Positions 1 through 14,196 of a DNA stretch of 64,000 nucleotides are shown here, in pieces. How positions within the stretch are numbered: position 1 is the stretch's first letter; each line of letters begins with the position of its first letter. The DNA lies in the NCBI GenBank assembly GCA_051362555.1, contig CM120648.1, positions 10,722,587 to 10,786,586 on the forward strand, written 5' to 3'. The notes beneath the pieces are model-generated. The model ran no database searches and was not told where the DNA came from. It saw only the letters and a program-made list of their open reading frames with translations. Source of the stretch: Lingula anatina. Lineage: Eukaryota; Animalia; Brachiopoda. The position numbers and the translations under genes were made by a program.

Positions 1-333
1 GGTAAGTTCTCTCCGCACATAACTGTTTCTGTCAGACTGATTTTTAGGGATTTCTGTTTTATTTCATTTGTCTATTGGCTCACGTTTGAACGATATCTTA
101 AAATTGCACTGATGCCATGGCTTTGATTTTACTTGAGTACGGTTCTGTATAAACTATATAAAAAGAATACACTAAAGTGACTATCACAAAATTTTAAATT
201 GTCATATCTTTTAAAGCGTACATATGTAGATAAGATGAACAGTGTACAAACCGGAAGATATCACAAAGATAGATGTTCAGTGCATCTAGAAACCGAAACC
301 CGTGAACCAGAGCCTGTGAACTGATTATTCCAG

Positions 334-754
334 ATATGTGTATGGTGGGTGACGAGCTGCTGGCCCGAGCAGAGAGAAGAGTTATTGGCTGCAAGAATTG
401 TATCTGTCTTAACCCTAGCGCTAACTTTGCGTTCTGTGAGTCAACGTAAGTCTTTCTCCTTTCCTATCTCTGCTTCTCTCTCTCTCAAAAGCATACGCTT
501 ACAAGCATCCAATACTGTCAAATTAAAGACATCTTTGTTGCCATGAACAAGGGGGTAATATCATGATCTATCGTAATATGTGCATTGTGCGTTGACTCTC
601 TTAACTTTGATTATACACTTTACTCTTTCACACTAGATGTAAACCGTGGACCCCGGATCAGATTCCACCTGGCTGCCAGCTAGTTACACCTCCTGGAAAA
701 TGTTGCCAAGAACTCGACTGTAGCGCGGTGGCAGCTGTTTCTTTGGGAAAATAA
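334..754 (+). CDS. Last two exons of array gene A (secreted VWC/mini-EGF/mucin-repeat protein); gene begins upstream of the window
   Basis: Window opens on a G|gtaag donor. Exon 334-445 (phase 1 to 2) reads (D)MCMVGDELLARAERRVIGCKNCICLNPSANFAFCES(T). Exon 637-754 reads CKPWTPDQIPPGCQLVTPPGKCCQELDCSAVAAVSLGK*. Both are near-identical to terminal exons 13-14 of gene D. Confidence 0.85.
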
Positions 755-2519
755 AATGCAGTGCCGCCATCTGCAGGGTATCAGACGAATAAGCAACAGC
801 ATGCAATAGACATTGAACATTTATTTGGGATAACGTTAAATAAGGTGACACAGTTATGTAAGTTATATAAGGCAAATGAATTATACTTTCCTCACCATGT
901 CAAACTTAATAAAAACAGCAATTTGCGTGAGAAAAAGTCTTGAATGTTTATTTGACTGTACACATGTATATTCATATAAAGTCATTGTATTCATTGCTAA
1001 TATACAGTCCTTGAGGTACAAATTCGAGTTATTAAATGCCAGTCTCTATAAGAATCAGAAAAATAATACTTGGCATTATGATATGACCCTGTAAGACTTG
1101 GCTTGTGTAGAACTATGTCTAAAACTTATAAATTAAACACTCAAAGTTGAATAATAATTAATTTATTTAAAAACAGAGTTTCACATTTGAATTCCCCATG
1201 CTTTATTGAAAGTTTAAGTAGCAGAATCTGGTGAGACTTCACCTACAAGTTTTCACAGTCGATTTTAGACAGTTATATTGATTATCGGGTTGGAAAAAAG
1301 GGAAATAAAAATTATGTAAATTTCGGTGATCTTGTTTAAGAGAACTTAAACTTATTAATAGCTCCAAAAAGAAGAGAATTCGACCAAAGACAAAATTTAG
1401 CTAATTATGAACTTCACTTGTGAAAGACAAGGAAGAGCCAAAAGGAAAAAAAAACTTATATTTTAAGCCAAGACATTTTTTATATAAATCATAAGATTTT
1501 CATATTTATGCTATGCCAATATGTACATGCTACTTACAAAACGCTTAAATACAGGAAAATAATGATTGACGATTTATTTTGAAATGCCGACTTGATTGTT
1601 TAACTTTAAAATCTACCGACAAAAAAAATGGATATCTTTCTCTCATCCTCTTTAAAACACATGTGCAGAACATACTCGGATCAGTAGTTTCATGTAAATA
1701 ACGCAAAAAAAAAAAAAAATCGATATAAGACCAACGTGCAAAAATGTGCCATGCCAACGATAAATTTAGTTTGACCCCACGAACGAGTATTGTAAACATT
1801 ACCAGCTGTTGGCCGTTATCAACGACAACGAAGTTTGGACCACCTGTTCGATTCCCAGCCCGGTGAGGGTTAAAAAGGATAGAAAAATAATTAGCTTTTT
1901 TAAAAAACAAATATGCCATCGACAATTAAACGCACGTGTTTCTAATCGTTTTAAAACCAGGTATGTCAATGCAATTGTGTCTGTGCTTGTGCAAGCGTAC
2001 CTTTGATCAAATATGTCAGCGTGTATGCGTAGGCGTGTGCATGCTAACAATATCACAGACTTGCTTGAGGAGGACTTCTTGCTATTGTATTAAAGAACGT
2101 GAAGACCCACCTTTCAGCATTTGTGGAATTTATATCCTTACAGTGTTTTGGAAATAGCAGTCTTTAATAGTAATCAGTATAATCTAAAAAGAAATGTTTT
2201 ATTTATGTTTCATCTAGATCTACTTTAATCTTTTGAAACCCTGGTATGGTCTAATGTCAACACAGAGTAATGAAAAATAAATGACCTTCTTGACTTTTTA
2301 TCAGACTGATTTGTGTTAAACATCGCAACAGGCAAAACTTATCAAAATCATTTCTTCTAAAGAATAATAAAGTTAAAACCCCTCAGTCCCCTCCGCCTCC
2401 ACCTATTTAAAACTGTGTCCCCGTTTCGAAGTAGTACGTATCACCTTAAATGTTAATCGGGACACTGTGTCTCCAGACGTTACTTACACAGCTAGAATCC
2501 TGTCTAGAGCAGACGTGCC

Positions 2520-2542
2520 ACTGAGACGCTATAGTCTCAGTT
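2520..2542 (+). promoter_or_regulatory. Putative initiator (TCAGTT) inside a short inverted repeat upstream of the array start codons (also 11652-11674 and 22032-22053)
   Basis: ACTGAGAC-GCTATA-GTCTCAGT followed by T. TCAGTT matches the TCAKTY Inr consensus and lies about 36 nt upstream of the ATG in all three copies. Confidence 0.4.
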
Positions 2543-2574
2543 CAACTTTCCCCTGCTGGGTGTACGCGGCGAAG

Positions 2575-3785
2575 ATGTGGTTCTTATTGCTGACCGTGGG
2601 TATTACGGTATCCGCGCTGGTAAGCCACAATTATACATTTATTTTCTTCTAAGTAATGTGTCGTTTTCCCTTAAACTTTCTATGTACTAAACTCATTATT
2701 TTTCGAAAGTATCGTATCTGGGTTTTCGAGAATAATCCATCTTCCCTCTAGAAAAAAATTCCCTTCTCATGAATCATTACATAGACAGTCCTTGCACTTA
2801 GATATTTTACACCCATTTTTATGAAATATTGAATCTTTAAATAATTGAACCGACGTTTTGACCGCCATGCCTTCCTGTACGTTTCAGAACGAAATATTGA
2901 CGTCAGTTACTGTTACTTGAGAGTTTGTTATCGTTTATAAGGTGTGAATGAAACACATAAATGTGCATGATATGACTTCGGCAAAATTTCAGAGGCGTAT
3001 AGTAAAACGCAAAAGTGATCTGCCTACTAAGTTTTAAAATATTGCAATGTTTAAGAGACTTTTTTATATAATCCAGCAAATTGGTGACGCAAAACAAGGC
3101 ACACGACAAGGTAAAATGGTCGTAAAAAAACCTGACCCATACAAAACCTAAAGAGCTACTCAGAACCCATGTGACCCAAACCCGTGTCCCAAAGACGCCA
3201 AAGGCAAACCGGTATATTGCCGTGCAAAACCTACCTGTAAAGAGGGGTCGTACGAGTGTAGAATACCAAAGGATAAGTGAAAACTGAGAACAACTCAGTT
3301 TACATATTTTATATTTTTATGAATATACGTATGTTGAAGTAACATGTCTACTTTTGTTCATTTTACCGTCTGTTGTTAGTTTTATTTACCATTTTTCGTT
3401 GTCTTAGAGATTTTGAATTGAACACACTTTATAGAATTCAGGTATTAAAGAGGGGTAATTAACTAAACAACAGGGGAGCATAATAACAGGCATGCTACGA
3501 GACACAGAATAAAAAATAAGCATGGATGTGAAAGAGAAAAGCCTTGTTTCTTACAGACACGTGCGCTATAGATGGAGAACTCTTGAAACTGAACGAGAAG
3601 AGAGTAATTGGGTGCAAAACTTGTATTTGTTTTGATCCGCGTACCAAAGTGCCGTTCTGTTATGATACGTACTCGTAAGTTCTCTCTCTCTCATCCAATT
3701 TCCTTCTACCTCTTTCTTTAAACCCCTACCTTTCTGTCTTGATCCGCATATGAAAGAGCCGTTCTGCATTAATACCCACTCGTAA

Positions 3786-3821
<36 letters not shown>

Positions 3822-5866
3822 CCAATTTCCTTCTCCTCTTTCTTTTAAACCCTACCTTTTCTCTCTTTTTTTTCTCTCTCTCTCTGCCTCTTTCCCTCGC
3901 TGGGGAGATTTTGCTGCCCAGGAGAGAGATATTTTCTCTCTCTGAAGAGAGTAGTCGACATCTCTAAATATCATCAACACAGCTGTTAGGACAACCTCTT
4001 TGTGCTACTGTTTTTTGCATTAAAGTCCACGTGAAAACATTTTCAAAAAAGAAATAATAAGAAAATGTGCATGCATTGAGTTTTCAGTTAATTTCGCCAC
4101 TCATCACTAAGAAAAGTGAATTGAAAATTTGACAAGGTGAGTTTTTATTTATCTTCTTTAGTTATATGCATACTGTGGCCACTCTCTATATGAAAATATA
4201 GAATACTATTCCAGCTGTCAGTCATGGACCCCGAATATGATTTCACCTGGCTGCAAACTTATAACACCTCCTGGGAAATGTTGTCAGGAACTAGACTGTA
4301 GCGGGTATGGGCCTGCAAGTGCTGTATCAACCACGACAGTCCCTACTACGCCCTCTATCGTCACGAGTACCATGGCTCCAAAGAATCCATGTGACCCAAA
4401 CCCATGTCCCAGAGACGCCAAAGGAAACCCGGTATATTGTCATTTAAAACCTAAAGAGGGGACGTACGGGTGTAAAATACCAAAGGGTAAGCTAAGACAG
4501 AAAACAATATAGTTAACTTGTTTTTAGTCTTATGGATAAATATTTGTTTTGTACAATTTTTTGCTGTCAGTTTTATTAACCGTTTTTCACCGTTGGAAGA
4601 GTTTCAGTTGTTGATACTTTATAGATTTAGGTTAGAGAAATTTGCAATTTTGATGAAAACAAAATTAATGAATAAAACCACAAACACACTTAGGCATATG
4701 GAGTAAAATTAAGCATTTGTGTAAAAGTAAATACAACTTAATCTGTTTTGAATCCTGCAAGAGCCATATGACATTTAATTAAAATAAAAAATAATCCTTA
4801 AGGTATCAAACACGATACTTCTAATTGAGTTTTCTGCAATATAGTCGTAGATAATTCCTGTACGTAAACAAATCACATTGATGAACCCATGGAGTTTTAT
4901 TTCTTACAGACACGTGTATTGTTGATGGATGGCTCTTGGCACGGGACAAAAAGATGGTGATTGGGTGCAAGTCTTGTGTTTGCCGTCTTCCACACATCAA
5001 AGAGCCAGTCTGTAGTAGCATGTAAATTACTTCTCTCTCTCTATCTCTGTCTGTCATTCAACCATAACCGTTCCTTCGTCATAACTGTCCATATTTTCTC
5101 TCTCTCTCTTGAAGTACGTAAAAATGAACCAACGCAGCTGTAACCAATATTAATAGAATGAAAACATTTTATTCGAAAGAATTATGAACTGTGACATGCA
5201 CGCGGATCCACATCTCAGTTACTCAAAGAAGGCATACTGTGACACTTCCACATATGTTAGTAAATGTTATTAATACCAACACCCATGTTTTGTTTAAGAT
5301 GTCAACCATGGTCTCCAGATATGATTCCACCGGGCTGTCAGCTTATCACACCTCCTGGGAAATGTTGTCAGGAACTCGACTGTAGCGGGTCTGCGGCAGC
5401 CAATGCTTTGTCAACCAGTGCAATTACTAAGGCGCCATCTACCGTAGCTCCCATTAATCCATGTGACCCAAACCCGTGTCCCAGAGACGACAAAGGCAAA
5501 CCGGTACATTGTCATTTAAAACCTAAAGAGGGGACGTTCGAGTGTAGAATACCAAAGGGTAAGTGAACACTGAAAATAATATAGTTAACATAGATTTTAT
5601 TCTTATATATAGACATTTGCTTGATTTGTCGCCTGCTGTATGTACAAGTGTTTTGTTAGTTTTACCATGTTTCATTGTTAAAAATATTTTGAATTGTAGC
5701 ACCTTTTTATGGTAAGAAAGGGTAAGAAATAATTTGCAATTTCAATAAAAGCAAAAGAAAGAAAATAAGGGAATAAAATCACAAACACACTAGATAAAAT
5801 TAAATAAAGACAGCAATTGGTGTAAAAGTAAATGTGACCCGATGTGCTTTCAAATAGCTGCAAGAG

Positions 5867-5931
<65 letters not shown>

Positions 5932-8358
5932 TACAAATTAACAACAATGCAAATGGTATCAAACATGACACTTTTTTCTGCTGTTTCTGCAATATAGTCA
6001 ATGGATAATGCATGTACGTATACAAATTCCATTGCTGAGTTCATACAGGTTTTTTTTTCTCCTACAGACAAGTGTGTTGTGGATGGGGAACTCTTGGCAC
6101 GAAACGAGAGCAGAGAAATTGGATGCATATCTTGTATCTGCCGTCTGCCAAAGCCAGTCTGTAGAAGCATTATGTAAATTATTATCTCTCTCTCTCTCTC
6201 TCTCTCTCTTCCGAAAAGTTGTCCGAAACGCCGTACAAATAAACCAACTCAGCTGTTAACTATAGTAGAATAAGTACTTTTTTGTTTTTCCATCAGAATT
6301 GGCATTTAATTGCATGCAGATCCAGATATCTGTAAATTCGTCTTCTTGCAAAAGGGCACTAAAAGAATTGAAATAAAACATCTACAAGGTAAGTTTCGTT
6401 AAGTGTGACATGCACATTATGACCCCTCTGTATGCACATTATGACCCCCCTGTAAGTAAATTCTAAATATAAAAAAACTAAAAAAGGAAATTATTACAGT
6501 TGTCAGTTATGGACCCCGGATATGATTCCACCTGGGTGTCAGCTTATAACACTTCCTGGGAAATGCTGTCAGGAACTTGACTGTAGCGGGTCTGTAGCAG
6601 CCAATGCTGTGTCAACCAGGACAGCCCTTACGATGCCATCTATAGTAACGACTTCCATGGCTCCTAAGAATCCATGTGACCCAAACCCATGCCCCAAGGA
6701 CCCTAAAGGCAACCCGGTACAATGTCATTTAAAACCTAAAGAGGGGACGTACGAGTGTAAAATGCCTAATGGTAAGTGAAATCTGAGAACAAATTACAAG
6801 TAGTTTTCATAGTTTTCTTATGGATATACGTTTGTTTGAGTTAGTTGTCTACTTTTGTTCAATATTAGAGTCTATTGTCAGTTTTATTTACCATTTTTCG
6901 TTTTCTTGGAGATTTGGAATTGTGCACACTTCATAGAATTTAGGTATTAAAGAGTGTTAGTAAACTAGGGAAGATAATCATAGACATGCTGTAAAAGTAA
7001 ATAGAACTTGATCTGTTTTGAATCCTGCAAGAGGCATATAATATTTAATTAAAATAAAAAAATAATCCCTAAGGTATCAAACACGATACTTTTAATTTAG
7101 TTTTTTTGCAATATAGTCGTAGATAATTCCTGTACGTAAACAAATCACATTGATGAACCCATGGAGTTTTATTTCTTACAGACACGTGTATTGTTGATGG
7201 ATGGCTCTTGACACGGGACAAAAAGATGGTGATTGGGTGCAAGTCTTGTGTTTGCCGTCTTCCACACATTAAAGAGCCAGTCTGTAGTAGCATGTAAGTT
7301 GCTTCTCCCTCTCTCTATCTCTGTCTCTCATTCAACCATAACCGTTCCTTCGTCATAACTGTCCATATTTTCTCTCTCTCTTGAAGTACGTAAAAATGAA
7401 CCAACACAGCTGTAACCAATATTAATAGAATGAAAACATTTTTTGCGAAAAAATTATGAACTGTGACATGCACGCGGATCCACATCTCAGTTACTCAAAG
7501 AAGGGATACTGTGACACTTCCACATATGTTAGTAAATGTTATTAATACCAACACCCATGTTCTGTTAAAGATGTCAACCATGGTCTACAGATATGATTCC
7601 ACCGGGCTGTCAGTTTATCACACCTCCTGGGAAATGTTGTCAGGAACTCGACTGTAGCGGGTCCGGGGCAGTCAATGCTGTGTCAACCATGATCATTCCT
7701 ACGGCACCATATACCTTGGCTCCCAAAAATCCATGTGACCCAAACCCGTGTCCCAGAGACGTCAAAGGAAACCCGGTACATTGTCATTTAAAACCTAAAG
7801 AGGGGACCTACGAGTGTAGAATACCAAAGGGTAAGTGAACACCGAAAACAGTATAGTTAAAATGTTTTTTTTTTTAATTATTCTTTTGGATAGACATTGA
7901 CTTGATTTGGTGCGCGCTGTTTTCGCAAATATGTTTTTGTTGTCAGTTTTATTAACCTTTTTCACCATCGGAATAGTTTCAATTGATACTTTTTAAATTT
8001 AGGTAAGAAAAATTGCAATTTTGTTTAAAACAAAATAAAGAAAATAAGTGGATAAAGTCACAGAGACACAAGACATATGGAATCAAAACAAACATTGATG
8101 TAAAAGTAAATAAAAGTAAAAAGTTATCTAACATGACACTTCGTATGCGTTTTCTGCAATATAGTCAGTAGATAATGCATGTATCTATACAAATCACATT
8201 CTTGAACCCATAGAGTTTTGCCTTTTACAGACACGTGTGTTGTGGATGGGCAACTTTTGGCACGGAACGAGAGGAGAGTACTTGGGTGCAAGACATGTGT
8301 TTGTTTTGATCCGCGTACCAAAGAGCCGTTCTGTTATGAAACGTATTCGTAAGTTCTC

Positions 8359-8424
<66 letters not shown>

Positions 8425-9571
8425 TCTGTAACCGTCGCCTGTTCAAATATCCGACAGAACTTGAAACTTTAAGAAAGGATTATCTTAACTCTTCTGTCCA
8501 AGTTTGTATTTAAAACCGAATCCATTCATTCTAGTTGTCCTCTGTGGACACCTGATAAGATACCATCTGGCTGCCAACCTGTCAGACAACCAGGGAAATG
8601 TTGCCAAGAACTTTATTGTAACCAACCAACCACAACCACTTAACCAACCACAACAAAACCCATCACCACACCCACACCAACCATAAGCACAAGTAAACCC
8701 ACCACCACACCCACAACGTCCACAACCATAACAGAGCCCACCACCACACCCACAACAAGCATTACCACAATGAAACTCACCACCACAACCACACCAACCA
8801 CAACCACAATTAAAGCCACCACCACACCACACCAACCACAATGACAATCAAACCCACCACCTCACCTTCACCATCCACAACGACAACCAAACCCACCACT
8901 ACATCTGCACCAACCACCTCCCCAATGAAATTCACCACTACAACATCATCGAAATCTTCCACACTTGCACCAACCACAACTACAATGAAACCCACATCAA
9001 AAATTCCCACAACCACCCCAGCCCCCCTGAACACCTGTGAGCCAAACCCGTGTCCTAAAGATGCCAAAGGTCAGCCTGTTGCCTGTCAAGTGGAACATGC
9101 AGACGGGAAACATAAGTGTGGCAAACCAGATGGTAAGTTCTTTCTGTGCACATTTTTCTACTTTATTTTGAGTTTCCATTTTTATTTATTAGCGTTTGCC
9201 CAATCCTTTTCTATAAACATACTATATAATGATTATGCATTTTGAAATGTGTTGAAGAACTTCATTTTTTTTTTTTTTTTTTTTGTATCTGGGCTTATAC
9301 AGTGGAATATAGACAAAAACAATCAAAGTAAATCTAAAAGCTATCAAAGTATTATATAGTTTAATGTTTAATTAAGATAAATACATGCAAGAACTAATAC
9401 ATAGATACTGAATGTTATGCCATGTGGAAACAAACTACTGTGGTTTTAAATGTTGATGTATCACACTAGATGGACCCCTGATCAGATTCCACCTGGCTGC
9501 CGGCTTATCACCCCTCCTGTTGCCAAGAACTTGACTGTAGCTGGACAGCAGCGGTTCCTTTGGGGAAGTAA
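2575..9571 (+). pseudogene. Array gene B: VWC/mini-EGF/mucin-repeat pseudogene
   Basis: Exons 2575-2619 (MWFLLLTVGITVSAL), 3077-3272, 3557-3674, 4215-4486, 4910-5021, 5299-5558, 6068-6173, 6500-6771, 7182-7293, 7571-7830, 8231-8348, 8535-9132, and a decayed terminal exon 9470-9571. Lesions: about 290-nt deletion in exon 2 relative to genes C/D, in-frame TAA at 3149-3151, exon-2 donor GT>AT at 3273, TAA at 8641-8643, a frameshift in the Thr tract near 8830, and small deletions in the terminal exon. Confidence 0.85.
5869..5928. repeat. (TA)n microsatellite; others at 14116-14189 and 16763-16815, (TAT)n at 33930-33982 and 40904-40951
   Basis: Direct inspection. Confidence 0.9.
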
Positions 9572-11706
9572 AATACAGTGCCGCACCTGCATCGTATCTG
9601 AGGGCAACAGCAAATGTTAGACATTGAACATTTATTTGGGAAAAAACGTTAAATGAGGTGACACAGTAACGTAACGTACAAACGTAATAAAAACAGCACT
9701 TTGCGTGAGAAAATGTTTTAGATTTTTATTTTAGCTGTGCATGTAGATTCATATAAAGTCACTGTATTCATTGCTAATATACGACGATTTGCGGTCGTCC
9801 TTGAGATAAGTCGTACAAATTCGAGCTATTAAATACCAGTCTCTATAAGAATCAGAAAAATTTGCACGTTATTATGACATGACCCTTTGAGATTTTGCTT
9901 GTGTAGAATTATACGCGTAAAACTAATAAATTAAACCCTCAAAGTTGAATATTGTCATTAATTAACTTTAAGAGAATTTATAACAGGGCTTGACATTTGA
10001 ACTCCCCCATGTTTACTTTATTGAAAGTTCAGGTAGCAGAATCTGGTGAGACCTCACCAACAGGTTATCACTGACGATTGTTAGACAGTTATGTGATTTT
10101 CGAGTTGGAAAAAAAAGTAAATAAAAAATTATGGAAAATTATGTGATCTTGTTTAAGAGAACTTGGACTTACTGATAGCTTCAAATAGAGGGGAATTTGA
10201 AAAAAAAAGAAATTTAGCTAATTTTGAATTTCACTGATCTGAGGACCTATAATCTGGACCTAATATCTAGACTCCCACAAAAATCTAGATAGAATGGGAC
10301 AATGTCGCACAAAACAGAAATGCTACTTTGTTAAAAGCAAGCAAGAAACAAAAAGGAAAACATAAAAAAACTTTTAAGCCAAACCATTGTATATATAAAA
10401 CATAACAAATTCATATTGATGCCAGTACCGTATAAATGCTATTTAAGAAACGCTTCAAAGAAAACAGGAAAATGATGACCGGGGACTAAATTTGAAATGC
10501 CGACCTGTTTAAATTAAAGAACTCGTGAGAAAAAGGAATCCCTCTTTTTCTCTCTTTAAAACATACATGCAGAACATACATACTCAGGATCAGTCAGTTC
10601 ATTTACTATCGTTAAAAGCCAATCGAACAATCGAAATAAGACCAAAATCCACTAGTGCATAAAGGCACCATGCCAACAACAGATTTACTTAGTGTGCTGT
10701 CCTTGTAGTCTGACACCACGAACGCGTGTAGAAAACGTAATCAGCTGTTGGCCGTTATCATCCACAACGAAGTTTCAACCACCTGTCTGATTCCTGTGCC
10801 GGTGAGGGTTAAAAAGGATAGAAAAATAATTGGGAAATTTAAATAACATATCTGCCATCGACAATTAAACGCACGTGTTTCTAATCGTTTTAAAACCAGG
10901 TATGTCAATGCGATTGTGTCTGTGCTTGTGCGAGCGTATCTTTGATCACAGATGTGCGTAGTCGTGCGCATGCTCAATATATCATAGACTTGCTTGAAGA
11001 TGTCTTCTTGCTAATGTATTTAAGGACGTGAAGACTAACCATTCAACATTTATGGAATGTATGTCCTTATCTTGGTTTGGAAAAAGCAGGTTTTATCGTT
11101 ATCGGTATAATTTCAAAAGAAATTATCTATTTCTGTCAGATTCAGCAACCAATCACTGTTACCTTCCCTTTCAACTTTCGTAGCATGATCAAAAACGAAA
11201 ATAAATCAATGAGAAAAGTGATAGCCTTTATAATCACATTGATTTGCGTTAATCATATTCATTGCAACATACACGATAGGACAAAATTTGTGAAGAATTA
11301 AAAAGTTGAACACCCTCAGCCCCCTCCGCTTCTATCTACTTTAAGATCCCCGTCCCAGACTTTATCATACTAAATGTGAGTCGATTTATCCCCGAGGGGA
11401 TTTTTCGCTAAATTGCAATCAACTTGAGCGGCTTAGATGCACGTCTGCCACATCTATTGAAGCTGCTAGGGGGTATTAAAGCAATTAAGGGAGAAACCCT
11501 TGATAGATCGATCTAGGTATGGGAACCCAGTCCCAATCTAACACTGTGTCCCCGTTTCGAGTTCAGTACGTGTCACCTTAAATGATAATCAGGACATCGT
11601 GTCACCTTTCGTGACTTACACAGCTAGAATCCTGTCTAGAGCAGACGTGCCACTGAGACGCTATAGTCTCAGTTCAATTTTCCCCTGCTAGGTGTACGCG
11701 GCGAAG

Positions 11707-13041
11707 ATGTGGTTCTTATTGCTGACCGTGGGTATTACGGTATCCGCGCTGGTAAGCCACAATTATACATTTATTTTATTCAAAGTAATATGTAATTTCC
11801 CTTAAACTACTGTATTTAGGTCTTTTTATCAACTAAAATAATTATTTTTCACAAGTATCCTATCCGGGTTTTTGAGAATAATCGATCTTCCCTCTGAAAA
11901 GAGAAACAATTGTCCCTACTCATGAATCATTGCTCGGACAGTCCTTGCACTTAGATATTACACATATTCAAATGAAATATCTAAGCTCTTAATATATATA
12001 ACTGAATCGACGTTTTGACCGCCATGTCTTCATGCGCGTTTCAGAGAGAAATATCGACGTCAGTTACTTTTATTTGAGAGTTTTTTTATCGTTTATAAGA
12101 TTTGAATTATACACATACTTGTAGAAGATATGACTTCGGTAAATTTTCAAATGCGTATAGTAAAACGCAAAAGTGATCTGTCTACTAAGTTTTAAAATAT
12201 GACAATGCCGAAGAAACTAACTTCTCTTATTTTTGTAATCCAGCAAATTGGTGCCGCAAAACACGGCACCCGACAAGGTAATATGGTCGTAATGTTCAAT
12301 GACGGAAAGTGGAGTTATGTTTGTATGAATGACGTCGTTGGCGCTGACGCACTCCCAAGAGAGCCTAGGATACCGTGCAGATGGATAGATGTCACTAAAG
12401 GCAACTACGAGACCTCCGTATTCAACGCCGATGACATAGATGAGCATAGCTTCCAACATGTCTTTGGACACAAAGAAGGAAAGAATAAGCACAAACGCGA
12501 CAACAATAACCCACACCTTGCCAGGGGATATCCTGCAACCCAGCAACGTAAAACTCGTCACAAGTCGCCAAAAGAGCCAAAACCAAACCCTGATCCAAAC
12601 AAAACTCAAACAGTTCCCCAGAACCCCTGTGACCCAAACCCGTGTCCCAGAGACGCCAAAGGTAATCCGGTGTATTGTCGTGTGAAATCTAAAGAGGGGA
12701 CGTACGAATGTAGATTACCAAAAGGTAAGTGAGTGTTGAAGATGTTTTCGTGTTCTCAGTTTAGGCTTTTTTCTTTTAGGATTGCACATATTTTAACATG
12801 TTTCATAGTACAAAAATGATACAGTTTCTTTATTATGTCCACTGTAAATTTGTAGGTCAATAGAAAGCAAAATCTTTGAATTGTTATTAACAATTTTAAA
12901 GCGCAACGCTTTGTTTCTTACAGACACGTGCGCTAAAGATGGAGAACTCTTGAAACTGAACGAGAAGAGAGTAATTGGGTGCAAAACTTGTACGTGTCTT
13001 AATCCGGATATGAAAGAGCCGTTCTGTATTAATACGCACTC

Positions 13042-13080
<39 letters not shown>

Positions 13081-14114
13081 CAATTTTCTTCTCCCTCATT
13101 CTTTAAACCCATACCTTTACTCTCTCTCTCTTTCCCCCCTCTTTCTCTCTGGTGAGATTTTGCTGCCCAGGAGAAAGATCTTTTTCTCTCTCTGAAGAGA
13201 ATAATCGACATCCCTAAAAATCATCAACAGAGCTGTTAGGACAACCTCTTACTGTGTTATTGCTACTGGATTTTGCATTAAAGTCCACGTGAAAACATTT
13301 TGCAAAAAAAAAAAAAATAAATAATAAAAAAACATGCACACGCATTCAGTTCTCAGTTAATTACGCCACTCACCATTTAGAAATGTGAAATGAAACTTTG
13401 ACAAATTTGACAAGGCGAGTTTCATTTAACTTCTTTAGTTATATGCATACTGTGGCCGCTCTCTATATGAAAGTATGCATGCATACTGTAAAGAAACGTA
13501 CACTATTCCAGGTGTCAGATTTGGACCCTGGATATGATTCCACCTGGGTGTCAGCTTATCACACCTCCTGGGAAATGTTGTCAGGAACTCGACTGTAGCG
13601 GGTCTGGGGCAGCCACTGCTGTATCAACCACGACAGTCCCTACGACGCCATCTATCGTCACGAGTACAATGGCTACGGCGTTATCTACCCTGGCTCCCAT
13701 TAATCCATGTGATCCAAACCCGTGTCCCAGAGACGCCAAAGGCAACCCGGTATATTGCCGTGCTAAACCTAAATATGGGACGTACGAGTGTAGAATACCA
13801 AAGGGTAAGTGAACACTGAAAACAATATAGTTAACATAGGTTTTATTCTTATGGATAGACATCTGCTTGATTTGTCACCTGCTGTATGTACAAGTGCTTA
13901 GTTTTCTTTACCATCTTTCATTGCTAAAAATATTTTGAATCGTAGCACCTTTTTTTATGGTAAGAAAGGGTAAGAAATAATTTGCAATTTCAATAAAAAC
14001 AAAAGAAAGAAAATAAGGGAATAAAATCACAAACACACAAGATAAAATGAAATAAAGACAGCAATTGGTGTAAAAGTAATTGTGACCCGATGTGCTTTCA
14101 AATAGCTGCAAGAG

Positions 14115-14196
<82 letters not shown>

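Noticed and set aside
5678-6170. ORFs with IYIYIY, ERERER or THTHTH runs throughout the window
   Set aside because: Translations of (TA)n, (GA)n and (CA)n microsatellites.
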